DNA of 63,795 nucleotides, counting the filler, from Octopus bimaculoides (taxonomy: Eukaryota): the NCBI RefSeq assembly GCF_001194135.2. It is 7 parts of 6 records of this genome, joined end to end, with 100 filler letters (N's around TTAATTAATTAA, not from the genome) between each part and the next. Parts side by side here need not be neighbours in the genome. Positions count along the whole stretch, not along the records: positions 38,597 to 62,433 come from NC_068997.1; 6 more parts are not named here. One strand, given 5' to 3'. The position numbers and the translations under genes are program-made. Below are positions 49,336 to 62,090 of this stretch, piece by piece. The notes beneath the pieces are model-generated. The model searched no databases and was not told where the DNA came from. It was given only the letters and a program-made list of their open reading frames with translations. The number at the start of each line of letters is the position of its first letter. The first letter of the stretch is position 1.

Positions 49336-50346
49336 ATATATATATATGTATATGTATATATCTATCTATCTATCTATATATATATTTTAAAAATAACGTC
49401 GACCACTAACGTGGACAATTAATGCACTAGAAATAGATCACATTTTGTGTCTATTAAGACCTAAAAAGTTCTCAACAAGACTTTTTAGGTCNNNNNNNNN
49501 NNNNNNNNNNNNNNNNNNNNNNNNNNNNNNNNNNNNNNNNNNNNNNNNNNNNNNNNNNNNNNNNNNNNNNNNNNNNNNNNNNNNNNNNNNNNNNNNNNNN
49601 NNNNNNNNNNNNNNNNNNNNNNNNNNNNNNNNNNNNNNNNNNNNNNNNNNNNNNNNNNNNNNNNNNNNNNNNNNNNNNNNNNNNNNNNNNNNNNNNNNNN
49701 NNNNNNNNNNNNNNNNNNNNNNNNNNNNNNNNNNNNNNNNNNNNNNNNNNNNNNNNNNNNNNNNNNNNNNNNNNNNNNNNNNNNNNNNNNNNNNNNNNNN
49801 NNNNNNNNNNNNNNNNNNNNNNNNNNNNNNNNNNNNNNNNNNNNNNNNNNNNNNNNNNNNNNNNNNNNNNNNNNNNNNNNNNNNNNNNNNNNNNNNNNNN
49901 NNNNNNNNNNNNNNNNNNNNNNNNNNNNNNNNNNNNNNNNNNNNNNNNNNNNNNNNNNNNNNNNNNNNNNNNNNNNNNNNNNNNNNNNNNNNNNNNNNNN
50001 NNNNNNNNNNNNNNNNNNNNNNNNNNNNNNNNNNNNNNNNNNNNNNNNNNNNNNNNNNNNNNNNNNNNNNNNNNNNNNNNNNNNNNNNNNNNNNNNNNNN
50101 NNNNNNNNNNNNNNNNNNNNNNNNNNNNNNNNNNNNNNNNNNNNNNNNNNNNNNNNNNNNNNNNNNNNNNNNNNNNNNNNNNNNNNNNNNNNNNNNNNNN
50201 NNNNNNNNNNNNNNNNNNNNNNNNNNNNNNNNNNNNNNNNNNNNNNNNNNNNNNNNNNNNNNNNNNNNNNNNNNNNNNNNNNNNNNNNNNNNNNNNNNNN
50301 NNNNNNNNNNNNNNNNNNNNNNNNNNNNNNNNNNNNNNNNNNNNNN

Positions 50347-50633
50347 TGCCACACCCGCCGTACTCTCCTGATTTGGCACCAATGGATTTCCACCTCTTTC
50401 GATCTCTTTCAAATGCTATGCACGGAGTTTCGTTCAATACTGATGCAGAAATGAGAGCTTGGTTGGATCAATTTTTCGAGTCGAAATCGGGTGATTTCTA
50501 CCAATGAGGTATTGAAAATTTTTTTGAATGTTAGGAAATGAATACATTATTGATTAGTTAGTAGTTATTTTTTATTAAATCTTTTAAAAAATTTAAATTA
50601 AAAAAAACGGCAGGAACTTAGTTGCCAACCCAA
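50347..50633 (+). mobile_element. mariner transposon 3' portion
   Basis: PHPPYSPDLAPMDFHLFRSLSNAM..; 3' TIR AAAAACGGCAGGAACTTAGTTGCCAACCCAA followed by TA (50634-50635). Confidence 0.93.
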
Positions 50634-51519
50634 TACAAGTAAGTTACCATTCTGTTTTCACAGTCTCTTTGATAGACTGTGGCAGGCTCGTGTCTTGTCT
50701 TATGGAGAAAACACTGCTATGCTTTAGGTCTTTCAGCAAAATGCTTCATGGCCAGTGTTTGCTTGTTAGAGAGTATGTTCATGAATGATGTAGCTTGGTT
50801 AATGTTTGCTACACTTTCATTTAACAAAGTATGCATGTATATCATTGTTGCTTTAGTTGTTGTTGTTGTTACTGGTGTTAAACATATCAGCTGGTATACA
50901 ATGATTTTGTTTGAATGAAATATTAATTTTTTTTCTTTTACAGTAATTTTCTTGGATGTTAATTAATTAATTTTCTTTTTTCATTTACTGAGATGCAGTA
51001 GATCTGTGTCAGTTAGTAAGACAAAAATAACTAACGCCAAATCATAAATGTTTAAGTGAAGTTAATAGTCTTTATGTTTTGAATGGCTATTATGCATCTT
51101 ACACACTAGAATTGTTTTCACATTTATTTATTTTTTTGTTTAGTAGCTTCTTTGCTTTCTCCAGAGTAATCTCTTCCTCTTCCTCCCCCTCCTCTTTCTC
51201 TCCCTTCTTTTTATTTTTTACTTAGGAGTTACACAATAATGGAAATATTTTGTAAAAAACAAACCTTGCTGTCTAGCCTCGATGCAATGTAATCATTCCA
51301 ATAATAGTCCTTATTGAAATAATATCCAGCTTGAAAATTAATTCCTTCAGTTTCACATGAAAAATATTGAGAATTCTCAGATTGAAATTTTAGAACGTCT
51401 GTATGTTGTCAGCAGTGAATTTCGTTTGTTTCTAATTTAAGCATAAGGCCATCACATTTAAGCAGAGGGTGTTAGTTGATACTAATAACAACAACAACAA
51501 CCACAACAACAATAGTTAT

Positions 51520-52012
51520 AATGGTTTCAAATTTTGGCACAAGGTCAGTAAGTTCAAGAAAGGGGGTAAGTTGATTACATCAACCCCAGTGTTCAACTGG
51601 TACTTATTTTATTGACTTTGAAAGAATGAAAGGCAAAGTTGACCTTGGAAGAATTTGAACTTAATAATAATAATAATGATAATAATAATAATAATAATAA
51701 GAAGAAGAAGAAGAATCCTGTCTACTTTAGGCATAAGCCTAATATTTTGGAGGGGTGTCCAATCAATTACATTAACCCCAGAAATCAACTGGTGTATATA
51801 TTTATCAACCCTGAAATAGATTGAAATTTGTGGGGAGGGGATAAGTCAATCACATTGACCCCAGCACTCAACTGGTACCTAATTTATTGACCCTAAAAGG
51901 ATGAAAGGCAAAGTTGACCTTGGTAGAATTTGAACTCAGAACGTAAAGACAGATGAAATGTTGCGTTGCATTTTGCCTGGCACGCTAATGATTCTGCCAG
52001 CTCACCACCTTA
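51520..52012 (-). mobile_element. Three nested or tandem family B SINE pieces
   Basis: Repeated GGATGAAAGGCAAAGTTGACC..GAATTTGAACT blocks with (AAT)n. Confidence 0.82.
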
Positions 52013-52013
52013 A

Positions 52014-52264
52014 TAACGCCGACTGCTGCAAAAGAGAGAATATCCACTTACAGCTTCTCAGAACATTCAAAAATCACATATCCCCCACAGGTTAGGGCCT
52101 GAAATACTCCAAATGGACGCATAGCATGTTGCTTGGTCAAATTAGCCCATCATTTACTCCACAAATGCTGCACTTTCCCATATCGCCTATTTCAACATAG
52201 CTGTAATATATTATATACAAACTATGCCATTTTAATCCTGAGCAACGCCGGGTGTCTCTGCTAG
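52014..52264 (+). mobile_element. Short Helitron 3' end
   Basis: GC-rich hairpin CCTGAGCAACGCCGGG, 8 nt, then CTAG|T at 52261-52265; the 5' boundary is uncertain. Confidence 0.7.
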
Positions 52265-52295
<31 letters not shown>

Positions 52296-52373
52296 TATAC
52301 ACACACACACCATTTAATAATGAGTTGAAGATTGAATAGCAATATCAAGGATATATATTATATTATATATATA

Positions 52374-54097
52374 CTAGCAGAGGCACCCGGCGTTGCTCGG
52401 GAATTAAATTGTTGCTTATATACTTGAAGAAAAAAAGGTAAAATATGCTGTATAGAAATTTGAGGACATTCTGTAGATGGACTCTCAGATGAATGATGGC
52501 TGGGCGCCTCTCATGAATGGGAAAAATTGAAGATGTGCCAAAAAGCCTCATTGGTACTTGGAAACTTTTACGAAAATTAAAATGGGGATTAAATGAAAGA
52601 AATGATTTATGTGAATATCCTCACAAGAGTAATTGAAATAAATGGCGACTGTGGAACCCCCCACACGCGCGCATACATACGTGTGTCTTTGTAAATATGT
52701 TTGTATACATCTATGTATGTGTGTGTTTGTAAGAGACAGAGTGTGAGTGAGAGAGAGAGGTTTGTTGTCATGTATACGTACATGCATAAATATACACACA
52801 TCTGTGGATGTATGCATATGACAACACAGCCCTTGACTCACTCACACTCTGTCTCTTACAAACACGCACGCGCACGCATACACGTGTCTTTGTAAANNNN
52901 NNNNNNNNNNNNNNNNNNNNNNNNNNNNNNNNNNNNNNNNNNNNNNNNNNNNNNNNNNNNNNNNNNNNNNNNNNNNNNNNNNNNNNNNNNNNNNNNNNNN
53001 NNNNNNNNNNNNNNNNNNNNNNNNNNNNNNNNNNNNNNNNNNNNNNNNNNNNNNNNNNNNNNNNNNNNNNNNNNNNNNNNNNNNNNNNNNNNNNNNNNNN
53101 NNNNNNNNNNNNNNNNNNNNNNNNNNNNNNNNNNNNNNNNNNNNNNNNNNNNNNNNNNNNNNNNNNNNNNNNNNNNNNNNNNNNNNNNNNNNNNNNNNNN
53201 NNNNNNNNNNNNNNNNNNNNNNNNNNNNNNNNNNNNNNNNNNNNNNNNNNNNNNNNNNNNNNNNNNNNNNNNNNNNNNNNNNNNNNNNNNNNNNNNNNNN
53301 NNNNNNNNNNNNNNNNNNNNNNNNNNNNNNNNNNNNNNNNNNNNNNNNNNNNNNNNNNNNNNNNNNNNNNNNNNNNNNNNNNNNNNNNNNNNNNNNNNNN
53401 NNNNNNNNNNNNNNNNNNNNNNNNNNNNNNNNNNNNNNNNNNNNNNNNNNNNNNNNNNNNNNNNNNNNNNNNNNNNNNNNNNNNNNNNNNNNNNNNNNNN
53501 NNNNNNNNNNNNNNNNNNNNNNNNNNNNNNNNNNNNNNNNNNNNNNNNNNNNNNNNNNNNNNNNNNNNNNNNNNNNNNNNNNNNNNNNNNNNNNNNNNNN
53601 NNNNNNNNNNNNNNNNNNNNNNNNNNNNNNNNNNNNNNNNNNNNNNNNNNNNNNNNNNNNNNNNNNNNNNNNNNNNNNNNNNNNNNNNNNNNNNNNNNNN
53701 NNNNNNNNNNNNNNNNNNNNNNNNNNNNNNNNNNNNNNNNNNNNNNNNNNNNNNNNNNNNNNNNNNNNNNNNNNNNNNNNNNNNNNNNNNNNNNNNNNNN
53801 NNNNNNNNNGGAAGTAGAAGAATAGGTGAGCAACGAGAGGAAAAGAGAAAGAGAGGAAGTACGAGGGGGAAAAAAGAGATACGTAGTAGTAACAGAGGAA
53901 GGACGAGAGGGGTAAAGCGAGATACGTAGTAGTAAAGAGGAAGAACGAGGGGAAGAGAGAGAGTGGTAGAGGGAGAAACAAAGGGAGGAAGTAGAAGAAT
54001 AGGTGAGCAACGAAAGGAAAAGAGAAAGAGAGGAAGTACGAGGGGGAAAAAAGAGATACGTAGTAGTAACAGAGGAAGAACGAGAGGGGTAAAGTGA
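52374..54097 (-). mobile_element. Non-autonomous Helitron with both termini (contains a 913-N gap)
   Basis: Minus strand A|TC start at 54097, CCCGAGCAACGCCGGG hairpin and CTAG|T end at 52374; IFPIHERRPAIIHLRVHLQN resembles a RepHel segment; internal tandem repeat at 53810-54095. Confidence 0.8.
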
Positions 54098-54946
54098 TGT
54101 ATGTATGTATATATATATTATATATACACACACCATTTAATAATGAGTTGAAGATTAGATAGCAATATCAAGGATATATATATATATATATGTATGTATA
54201 TATATTATATATACACACACACACAAACTTACCATTTAATAATGAGTCAAAGATTAGGTAGCAATATCAAGGACATATTTCCAAATTCTAAGGAATCAGT
54301 TTATTTTATAGCTGTTTGGTTGTTTTGGGTTTTTATTTCTTTCTTTTTTGCACTTCTTAAGGAAAGTAATGGCTCATTCATTATTAAACTATTTAGGGAT
54401 ATTATTTTTTTTTTCTCTCATGTGATATTTAGTGAAGAGTAGCATGGTTTGTTACAGTTTTCTAATGGATCATTCTCTGGCTCACTGGATTTCTAAGAAT
54501 GAAAGTAACAAGGGAGTATGAGTAACTCAATACGAAACAAATATTGCAAGGCACTTCATTTAAAAAGTACCATAATTTTTTTTCAAATTTCATTCAAATA
54601 ATTAAAATTTTGAGCAAAGTTCTACACACTGACACTTACGTACATACATACATTTTGTGTGTGTGTGTGTGCATGTGTATTTATATATATGTATGTGTAT
54701 ACATTTATATATATATTGGTGATGGCAATAATGCGACCCTGAAGAGATGGAGTATCCAGCAATTTGTAATATGTTGTAATATGTTACAATATTTTACGAG
54801 ACATCTTATGATGTAGTTTATTTATCCGGGATACCCTATTGAAATGTGCATAGGTTTGGCTTATTGTGGTTGTTTCTGTTATTATAATTGTTGCTGCAAT
54901 AAAGTATCTTCAATGCATTGATTTTGAGCTCTATCTTTTAAGAGAC

Positions 54947-54982
<36 letters not shown>

Positions 54983-55119
54983 ATGTGAGTGTGAATGTGT
55001 GTGTGTGCGTGTGAATGTGCATATTTATATTCCCTTCACCTATTTTTGATCCATTGCTGAATGAAGCCACAGCATGCTGTTGTCAGCTTACCTATAGTGT
55101 TTGTTAGCTTACCTGTCCA

Positions 55120-55420
55120 TATTCAATACTGGGAAGAAGGAAAAATTACAAAGTACATAGGGAAAATGAAGTACCGAATTAAAAGCAGAAAAGGTATTGA
55201 AAAAAGACACAGAAACCAACTGAAGAAGAGATTCATAGAAAATGAACCAGACAGATTGGAAGAACCTACAGAATGGTTGTATGACACATTGCAGGTACCA
55301 ACACTGTTACAGGTGGTTGAACCCACATATACAAGTGGAAGAAAAAGGAAGAACACAGAGTTCCTACAAACAGACGCCAAAAAGAAAAAAACATTAAGTT
55401 GGAAAAAAAAAACACTAAAA
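55120..55420 (+). mobile_element. Ty3/Gypsy-like pol C-terminal remnant
   Basis: WEEGKITKYIGKMKYRI..KRHRNQLKKR..EEPTEWLYDTLQVP..RKRKNTEFL resembles the post-integrase region of Gypsy polyproteins from memory. Confidence 0.55.
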
Positions 55421-55729
55421 AGAGAGAAGGTATGAATAAAGTAAAATAAAATTACTTGCTCCCACCCCACCAAAAAAAGCTTACCTTTAACATTCACATT
55501 ACTCTGTGATTGTTTAGTTGTTCACATTGTTTATTTTCAGAATAATATTATAGAAGTGTAAGAGGCCAGATGTGGCCAGTTTGAATATTTTGGCTAGATA
55601 TGGTCAGTTTAAATGTTAAAGAGTTAATTTTCCAACAGCTAAATTATTTTCAAACCAAGGGGTAATGGATATAGAAGAAAGTGTATTTATATTCTCTCCT
55701 GTTCCTTCAATCATCACATTTACTGTCAA

Positions 55730-56650
55730 TCCTACAAGAAAGGTATGTGACCAAGCCCAAAGAGACATCCCACCGTGTCTCACAAAGTGTCAGCATGAAA
55801 AACGACAAACCACCTGTGATAATAACTATGACAGCAACAACAATAATGAAAACAACAGCAACAACTCATTAGTTACCACAAACAATAAGGTCCATTGTTT
55901 AACAGTTTAATGCACACCTAGATTGTTTAAGTATTAGAAGACAGCACAGTACTTAATAGGAAGTACTGACATTGCTTAGCCAGGCCAGAGTTCATCATAC
56001 TATCCCAGTAAGAAATACAAAAGAAATGAAAATAGCTATCACCTACAAAGTGTTGAGAACCCAACAGAAAGTGCTCGAAGGAATGTGGGAATCAATAGGG
56101 CATATAAGAAAAGGAAGATTATATAGGATGGTCACAAAACTCTACCCCAATGACAGAGACAATATGAATATCCAGACGTGCATGCCCCTCTCATGAATAT
56201 GTAATTCTAAGCTCGTATTACTGGAAATATGTAAATAAGGTGATACAAGGCCACCAGAAATAATCTAATTATTTTTGAATGACTTTGGAGGTGTATGGAA
56301 TGATTGCTAATATCAGAACAACACGACACAAAAACTAGTCTGACCTAAAAATAGAGTTGCAGATGTTGCTCACTCCAGAAAACTTATTAAGGATTCTGAA
56401 ACTCATTCCCCTAGAGAATGGGGAATTCATAAGTGTTGTAGAAGAAAAACAAGGCCCAAAATGCACATGTATACAAGAGCAAGCCTTTTTCTTGCCCTTC
56501 TGAATTATTATCAGATGACAAAGAAAAAAAGGGGAAACCCAGAGAGTGGCAAGTGGTAAACAGAAAGGTCAAAAAAGAAAAGGCAAAAAGCCAAAGGCAC
56601 CCATGAAGAAACATAAAAATTGTTGAAAATCAAAAAACACACAAAATAAT
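55730..56650 (+). mobile_element. Possible decayed non-LTR ORF1 remnant
   Basis: A-rich coding-like composition, TYKVLRTQQKVLEGMWESIGHIRKGRLY; many stops; family not certain. Confidence 0.3.
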
Positions 56651-57204
56651 CACCAACTAACAAAAGGTATCGAAACAAACAAAATGACAAAACTCAAAAC
56701 AACTACAACCACCACCACAACACCAACAACCATACATAGTATATTATCCACGAGAGCAATGATGATAAAACACAAGCGCAACAGCAACAAATAGAGAGGA
56801 CACAGTGTTATTGTTCTGTTTGTCATAGTGTAAAAGGAAGCCTTGAGTACTCCAGCTAAACCATTCTGTAGGTTTCCTTTCTTTGAAGCAGTTTCACAAA
56901 TAGTTTTTTGCTTTCATTTTTGCTCAGTTTTTCAGTATGAGTTAAGCAACTGACAAAGAAATTAGCAATTAATCTGACCAAATTTTTAATGGTTCAGCAT
57001 TGAACTGGTTTCAAACCAGTTCAATATTTAGATCTTTTGTTTAACGTACTTTCAATTTTCCCACTGAAATTTTTCTCCAATTTTAGGACTTCTCTGAACT
57101 TTCATTTATTGATGACCAGCATTGATATAATTAAATTGAGCAAGTCAAATATTCCACTGTTTTATTTCAACAAAACTCTTTTAAAATTATTTAATGTGTC
57201 AATC

Positions 57205-57547
57205 ATTTAGTGGCTCAGTGGTTAGAGCATCAGGCCCCCAATCATGAGGTAATGAGTTTGATTCCCGGACCAAGCTATGTGTTATGTTCTTGAGCAAGAC
57301 ACATTATTTCACATTGCTCCAGTTCACTCAGCTGTAGAAATGAGTTGCGATATCACTGGTGCCAAGCTGTATCAGCCTTTGTCATTCCCTTGGATTACAT
57401 CGGTGGTGTGGAGAGGAGAGATTGGTATGCATGAGCGACTGCTGATTTTCCACAAACAACCGTGCCTAGACTTCTGCCTTGGTGAGTAACTTTCTAAATG
57501 CAATACCATGGTCATTCATGCCTGAAGGTGATCTTTACCCTTTACCC
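57205..57547 (+). mobile_element. SINE family C
   Basis: Colinear with 4372-4690. Confidence 0.88.
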
Positions 57548-57879
57548 AATGATCAACAATGGCCTTGTCGTTCAAATACTTACATCTCATACATTTATTT
57601 GTTACTTTGGCTGTTTCCATTTGATTCACTGGTGGGACTATGGTTGCTGTGAAGGTCATGCATTCCTTTTGCAATCAATTGATTCACAGTAATTAGTCCA
57701 TATCTTTGGAGTGATATATGTTCTTTGAAAACCATTGCTAAATGATATAAATATATGTTTGGTGTGTGTGTGTGTGTGTGTGTGTGTGACGGTGCGCGTG
57801 TCTGTGTGTGTATGTGTGCACATGTGTGTGTGTGTGTGTATGTGTGTGCATGAAGGCATGTCGTCTAGTAGTTAGGGGA

Positions 57880-58255
57880 TTGTTCTCAGGGTTATGTTGT
57901 ACGAACAGCTTGCTTGTGTATGAATAGATATGCAGCCTAGTTACTGAGGATATACAAAACCTTGAAAGAAATGTTGCCAGTATGCTCTGCTGGATGTGCA
58001 ATGTTATTGTGCATGTATAACAAAGTGCAAAAGAGCTGAGAGAAAAATTGAGTATAAGAGGCATCAGATGTAGTGTGCAAGAAAGAAGACTGCACTGGTT
58101 GGGTCATGTAATGCATATGAATGAAGACAGTTGCATCAAGAGGTGCCAATGTCTAACTGTAGAGGGAACATGTGTAAGGGGTAGACCCACGAAGACATGG
58201 GACAAAATGGTGAGAATGGCTCTACAGACATTGGGACTTGCAGAGGGGATGACAG
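57880..58255 (+). mobile_element. RTE-clade LINE C-terminal remnant
   Basis: LREKLSIRGIRCSVQERRLHWLGHVMHMNEDSCIKRC..VEGTCVRGRPTKTWDKMV. Confidence 0.85.
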
Positions 58256-58272
58256 GGTACATACATACATAC

Positions 58273-58303
<31 letters not shown>

Positions 58304-58310
58304 TGTGTGT

Positions 58311-58483
58311 ATGTATACGACAGACCTCTTTCAGTTTCTGTCTAGCAAATCTACTCACAAGGCTTTGGTTTGCTTGATGCTATAGTAGAAGACACTTGGC
58401 CATGGTATTACACCGTGAGACTGAACCCAGAACCATGTGGTTGGGAAGCAAGCTCATTACCACATAGCCACATGCACTCCTGC
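58311..58483 (-). mobile_element. SINE family A head half
   Basis: Reverse of the family A head. Confidence 0.8.
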
Positions 58484-59699
58484 ACCTATGGTTTGTTTTT
58501 GTTTGTTTGTTTGTTTATATGCTAAAATGTAAAAGTGTTCTGAGCGCATTTATAGTTTCTTCATCAATGTCATGAGATATTAAAAAGGATAATACAGAAA
58601 ACTCTGTGACCTGTGATATAAAAAGCTATTTGCTACATTTCTTTGTGTTGGGAGTTTATGTTAGTTATTTTTGCTACCACTTCTAATAACAGTTATTGTT
58701 TAGGAAGACACTACCACCTACACCCTTCCATACACACTCACCTCTAACCCCACCTACACCCTTCCATACACACTCACCTCTAACCCCACTTTGACGTCAC
58801 TTATATATGCAGCCTTAAAAATTCCACGCTNNNNNNNNNNCCCACTTTGACGTCACTTATATATGCAGCCTTAAAAATTCCACGCTTCACTTATCATAGA
58901 CCTCATTCATTCAGGGCTGGTCTATAGCAAGCAACAACAACAACAGCAACAACAACACAATTATTGGGTATGGCTGTGAGGTAAGACGATTGCTTCACAA
59001 CCATTTTGTTCTGGGTTCAGTCCTACTACATAACACCTTCTACTATAGAAGCATGACCGACTACATAGCACCTTTTACTATGGAGCATGACTTTGAATTT
59101 TTTTAGTTGAATTAATAGAGTGATATAATACAAGAAAAACCATTCTGATACAGAATAAATAAAGAACAAACAACATTGATTTTCAAAAAAAAAAAATGTT
59201 TTTATTCAGTTTTTTCCATAATTTTTTCTTGATGAATATTTTCTTTTTGAATTAAATATAAACCTGATATGATGCAGATAAAACCTGCAAACCATTGCAA
59301 ATTCAAACGTTCAGAGAAAATTATCCACCCCAAGATGGCCTGAAAGAAAGAAAAAAATTGAGAGAGAGAATGTTATTGAGAGAAGGAAAAAAAGAGAGAA
59401 AGAGAACATCAGTAGTACAGTAAATATTCCTTAACTAGTCCTTCGCATACACAATACACCACCTGGTCTGGAAATCAAAACCATGATCTTGTGATTGTGA
59501 ATGCAACACCCCTGACCACTAGGCCATGTGCCTTCATTTGAATCTCCAATGGGTTACTAATTTAAAGCTAAATAGAATGGATTAATGAAAGACCAGCACC
59601 AACGGCATATGAACCCTTGATCTTTTAGTTGTTAGGTCAGAACCTTATCAACTTAACTAATTACAACTCTCAATTAAATCTATAACTAATTTAATCATT

Positions 59700-59922
59700 G
59701 TAAAAAGGGTAAAGGGTAAAGACACCTTTTGGTCATGAATGATGATGGGATTGCACCTAAAAAGTTCCGCTCCAAGGCACATGTCCAGGCAAGGTTGTTT
59801 ATAGAAGCCTAGCAATTGCCCATGCATACCAGCCTGTGTGTTGAACACAGCGTAGAGCCCGATCTGGGAATTGAATTCACTACCTCATGATTGTGAGCCC
59901 GACACTGTAACCATTGAGCCAG
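59700..59922 (-). mobile_element. SINE family C with internal deletion
   Basis: Reverse of the head (GGCTCAATGGTTACAGTGTCGGGCTCACAATCATGAGGTAGTGAATTCAATTCCC) and tail. Confidence 0.8.
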
Positions 59923-61284
59923 GCACCAGAAGGTGGGAACTTTCCAGGTACAATCCCATAGTCATTCATGACTGAAGGGGGTCTTTAAAGGGGTAATTAA
60001 AAGTATTTCATATCTTTCAGTATAAAACGTACAGAAAAAATATGCTGTTTGCCGACCAAGATACAGAATTCTTGATTTGAATATTTCATTATGATTTTAT
60101 ATAAGGTAACTAAATGAATTTGTTATCGTGATCAAAGACACCAGGTTTGTATTATTTAGCAGTTATATTCACAAAATAAAGTTTGTAGCGCCATTAGAAG
60201 AGAAGTTTAATATTTCAGCCTATGTCCTTCATCAGATAAAATTGGTCTTGCTTGAAACAATGAATTCTCCTCTTCTCATAGTACGTACACACACTCACAC
60301 ACTTAGTTTTCATTTTAAGAACTTAAGTGAACTAAATCTCACAAATACATTTAGCTTCTACAGACTGAAGCTTGTTTTTACCTTTTACAGTGTTGAATGA
60401 AAGTAACAAATCATAAAAATAATATCAGAAATTTATATCAATTTATTAGAAAAGCTGTCTAAAATTACTCAAAAACTCTATTCAATAAAGGAAAAAAATA
60501 AATTTAAAACTAGACTTACAGAAAAGAGAAAGCTAGATGCTGTATTTGTGGCTGAGGCTTCAACTGTTGAAGAGAAATACTGAAGAGCCTTGGTGAAAGT
60601 TGTCCACATTAAAACATTAAACAGAATGACAAACCCGACACAAATTGCCCATAACACATTCGTTAAAGCCTGGAAAATACAAAAGACATTAATATTAACT
60701 CTTCAGCATTCAGATTGCTCTGTCAAATGTATTGCTTATTTATTTACATTGTTTTGAATTCAACATGTAAAAAAACATTGAATCCCCTCTGCAGAGTGGT
60801 TGGTGTTGGGAAGGGTATCCAGCCGTAAAAACCCTGCCAGAACAGACACAGTAGCTTGGGATAATCTTCTACCTGGCCAGCTCCTATCAACCATCCTACC
60901 CATGCATGAGGGTAGAGGGGACAAACAATGACAGACAGAGGGATTAAGTTGATTACATCGACCCCAGCCTATAATAGAAAGGTTTATTAGCTACTGCCAA
61001 TATGCTTCAGCCATTTTTGACAAGGAAATAATAATTTTATCACCGCCGAGATTCGTTTGTTTACATAGTCAGCACTTAATTTTTACGGCTGAATGGACGT
61101 CAGTCATTGGTTGAAATTACAGAAATACGACAACTTTAACATGAAATAACTTGAGACGTACGTTTTTTTGTTAAGAAGACTAAAAGAAGAAGATGTTTTA
61201 TACGACACATTCTACCAGTGTCCCAAGTTTCAAAGTGTTTCGTTAAGAAAATACTGGTGCCCCTGTTTTGAACAAGATCCCCAG

Positions 61285-61428
61285 TGCATAACTGGTACTT
61301 AATTTATCGACCCTGAAAGGATGAAAAGCAAAGTCGACCTCGGCAGAATTTGAACTCAGAACATAAAGACAGGCAAAATACTGCTAAGCATTTCGCTGGC
61401 GTGCTGACGTTTCTGTCAGCTCACTGCT
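61285..61428 (-). mobile_element. SINE family B head and core
   Basis: GGATGAAAAGCAAAGTCGACCTCGGCAGAATTTGAACTCAGAAC. Confidence 0.85.
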
Positions 61429-62090
61429 TTTACACATTCGTACGTTGTGACAGAGAAAAACACAAGAGTATTATTATAGTAGAGTGTCATCATCATCAGT
61501 ATTGTTGTTGTCATTATCATATACCTGCTTTTTATGTTGGTATAGATTGAACAAGTTGTTACAGTCTGAGTTAGTTCTTATTTGGAATGATTATCTTTAT
61601 AAGAAATCGAAAAGGTGGTAGAAGAGTGAGTGATAGGCACAAATGTAATTCTTTCTCAAATAAATTTCGCTTCATATTCGAGGCTTCAATGAAGCTATAA
61701 AGTGTTACTCAGGTACTCAACTATGAGTGCACGGCATCTTATAGCAGAAACAGCAGTAAACTAATGAAGATCATTAGATAATCGCTTTATTCCTTTGACA
61801 TCTCTCTTTCTTATCACTCTATACTCAGCTAACACTTCACTCTGAAACATACGCATATTGAGTTCTACATTGGGTTATTAGTCTTGCAATGCCTAAGCGA
61901 AATATGTGTGTGTGTGTGTGTGTGTGATGGTGCATGGCCTAGTGGCTAGGGTGTTACTCCCAGTATTGCAACATTGTGTTCTCAAACAAAACACTGTGTT
62001 TTGCCTAAAACAATGTGAGGATGCACATTGTGATTCAGCGATGTATAACAACATTCGATAGTTTGAAACAATAATATATATATTATTTTT

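Noticed and set aside
49458-49491. 11-bp-arm hairpin GACCTAAAAAG / CTTTTTAGGTC
   Set aside because: Short, ends at a contig edge, has no associated feature, and could be chance or part of the gapped mariner.
9996-54136. Long ORFs made mostly of X, or of CV/YI/HT/LSIY repeats
   Set aside because: They span N gaps or microsatellites and carry no coding evidence.
52309-54273. 43-bp repeats with variable intervening sequence as a CRISPR-like array
   Set aside because: Eukaryotic context, only three units, spacers are microsatellite or a Helitron, and there are no cas genes.
58785-58886. Exact 46-bp direct repeat containing TGACGTCA on both sides of a 10-N gap
   Set aside because: Typical unmerged contig overlap; probably one copy in the genome.
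59585-59655. Highly degenerate tRNA(Ile)-like sequence on the minus strand
   Set aside because: Stems do not pair and both boxes are mutated; at most an old pseudogene or SINE head.
60575-60610. CTGAAGAGCCTTGGTGAAAGTTGTC
   Set aside because: Core-like, but stem III and stem I cannot form.
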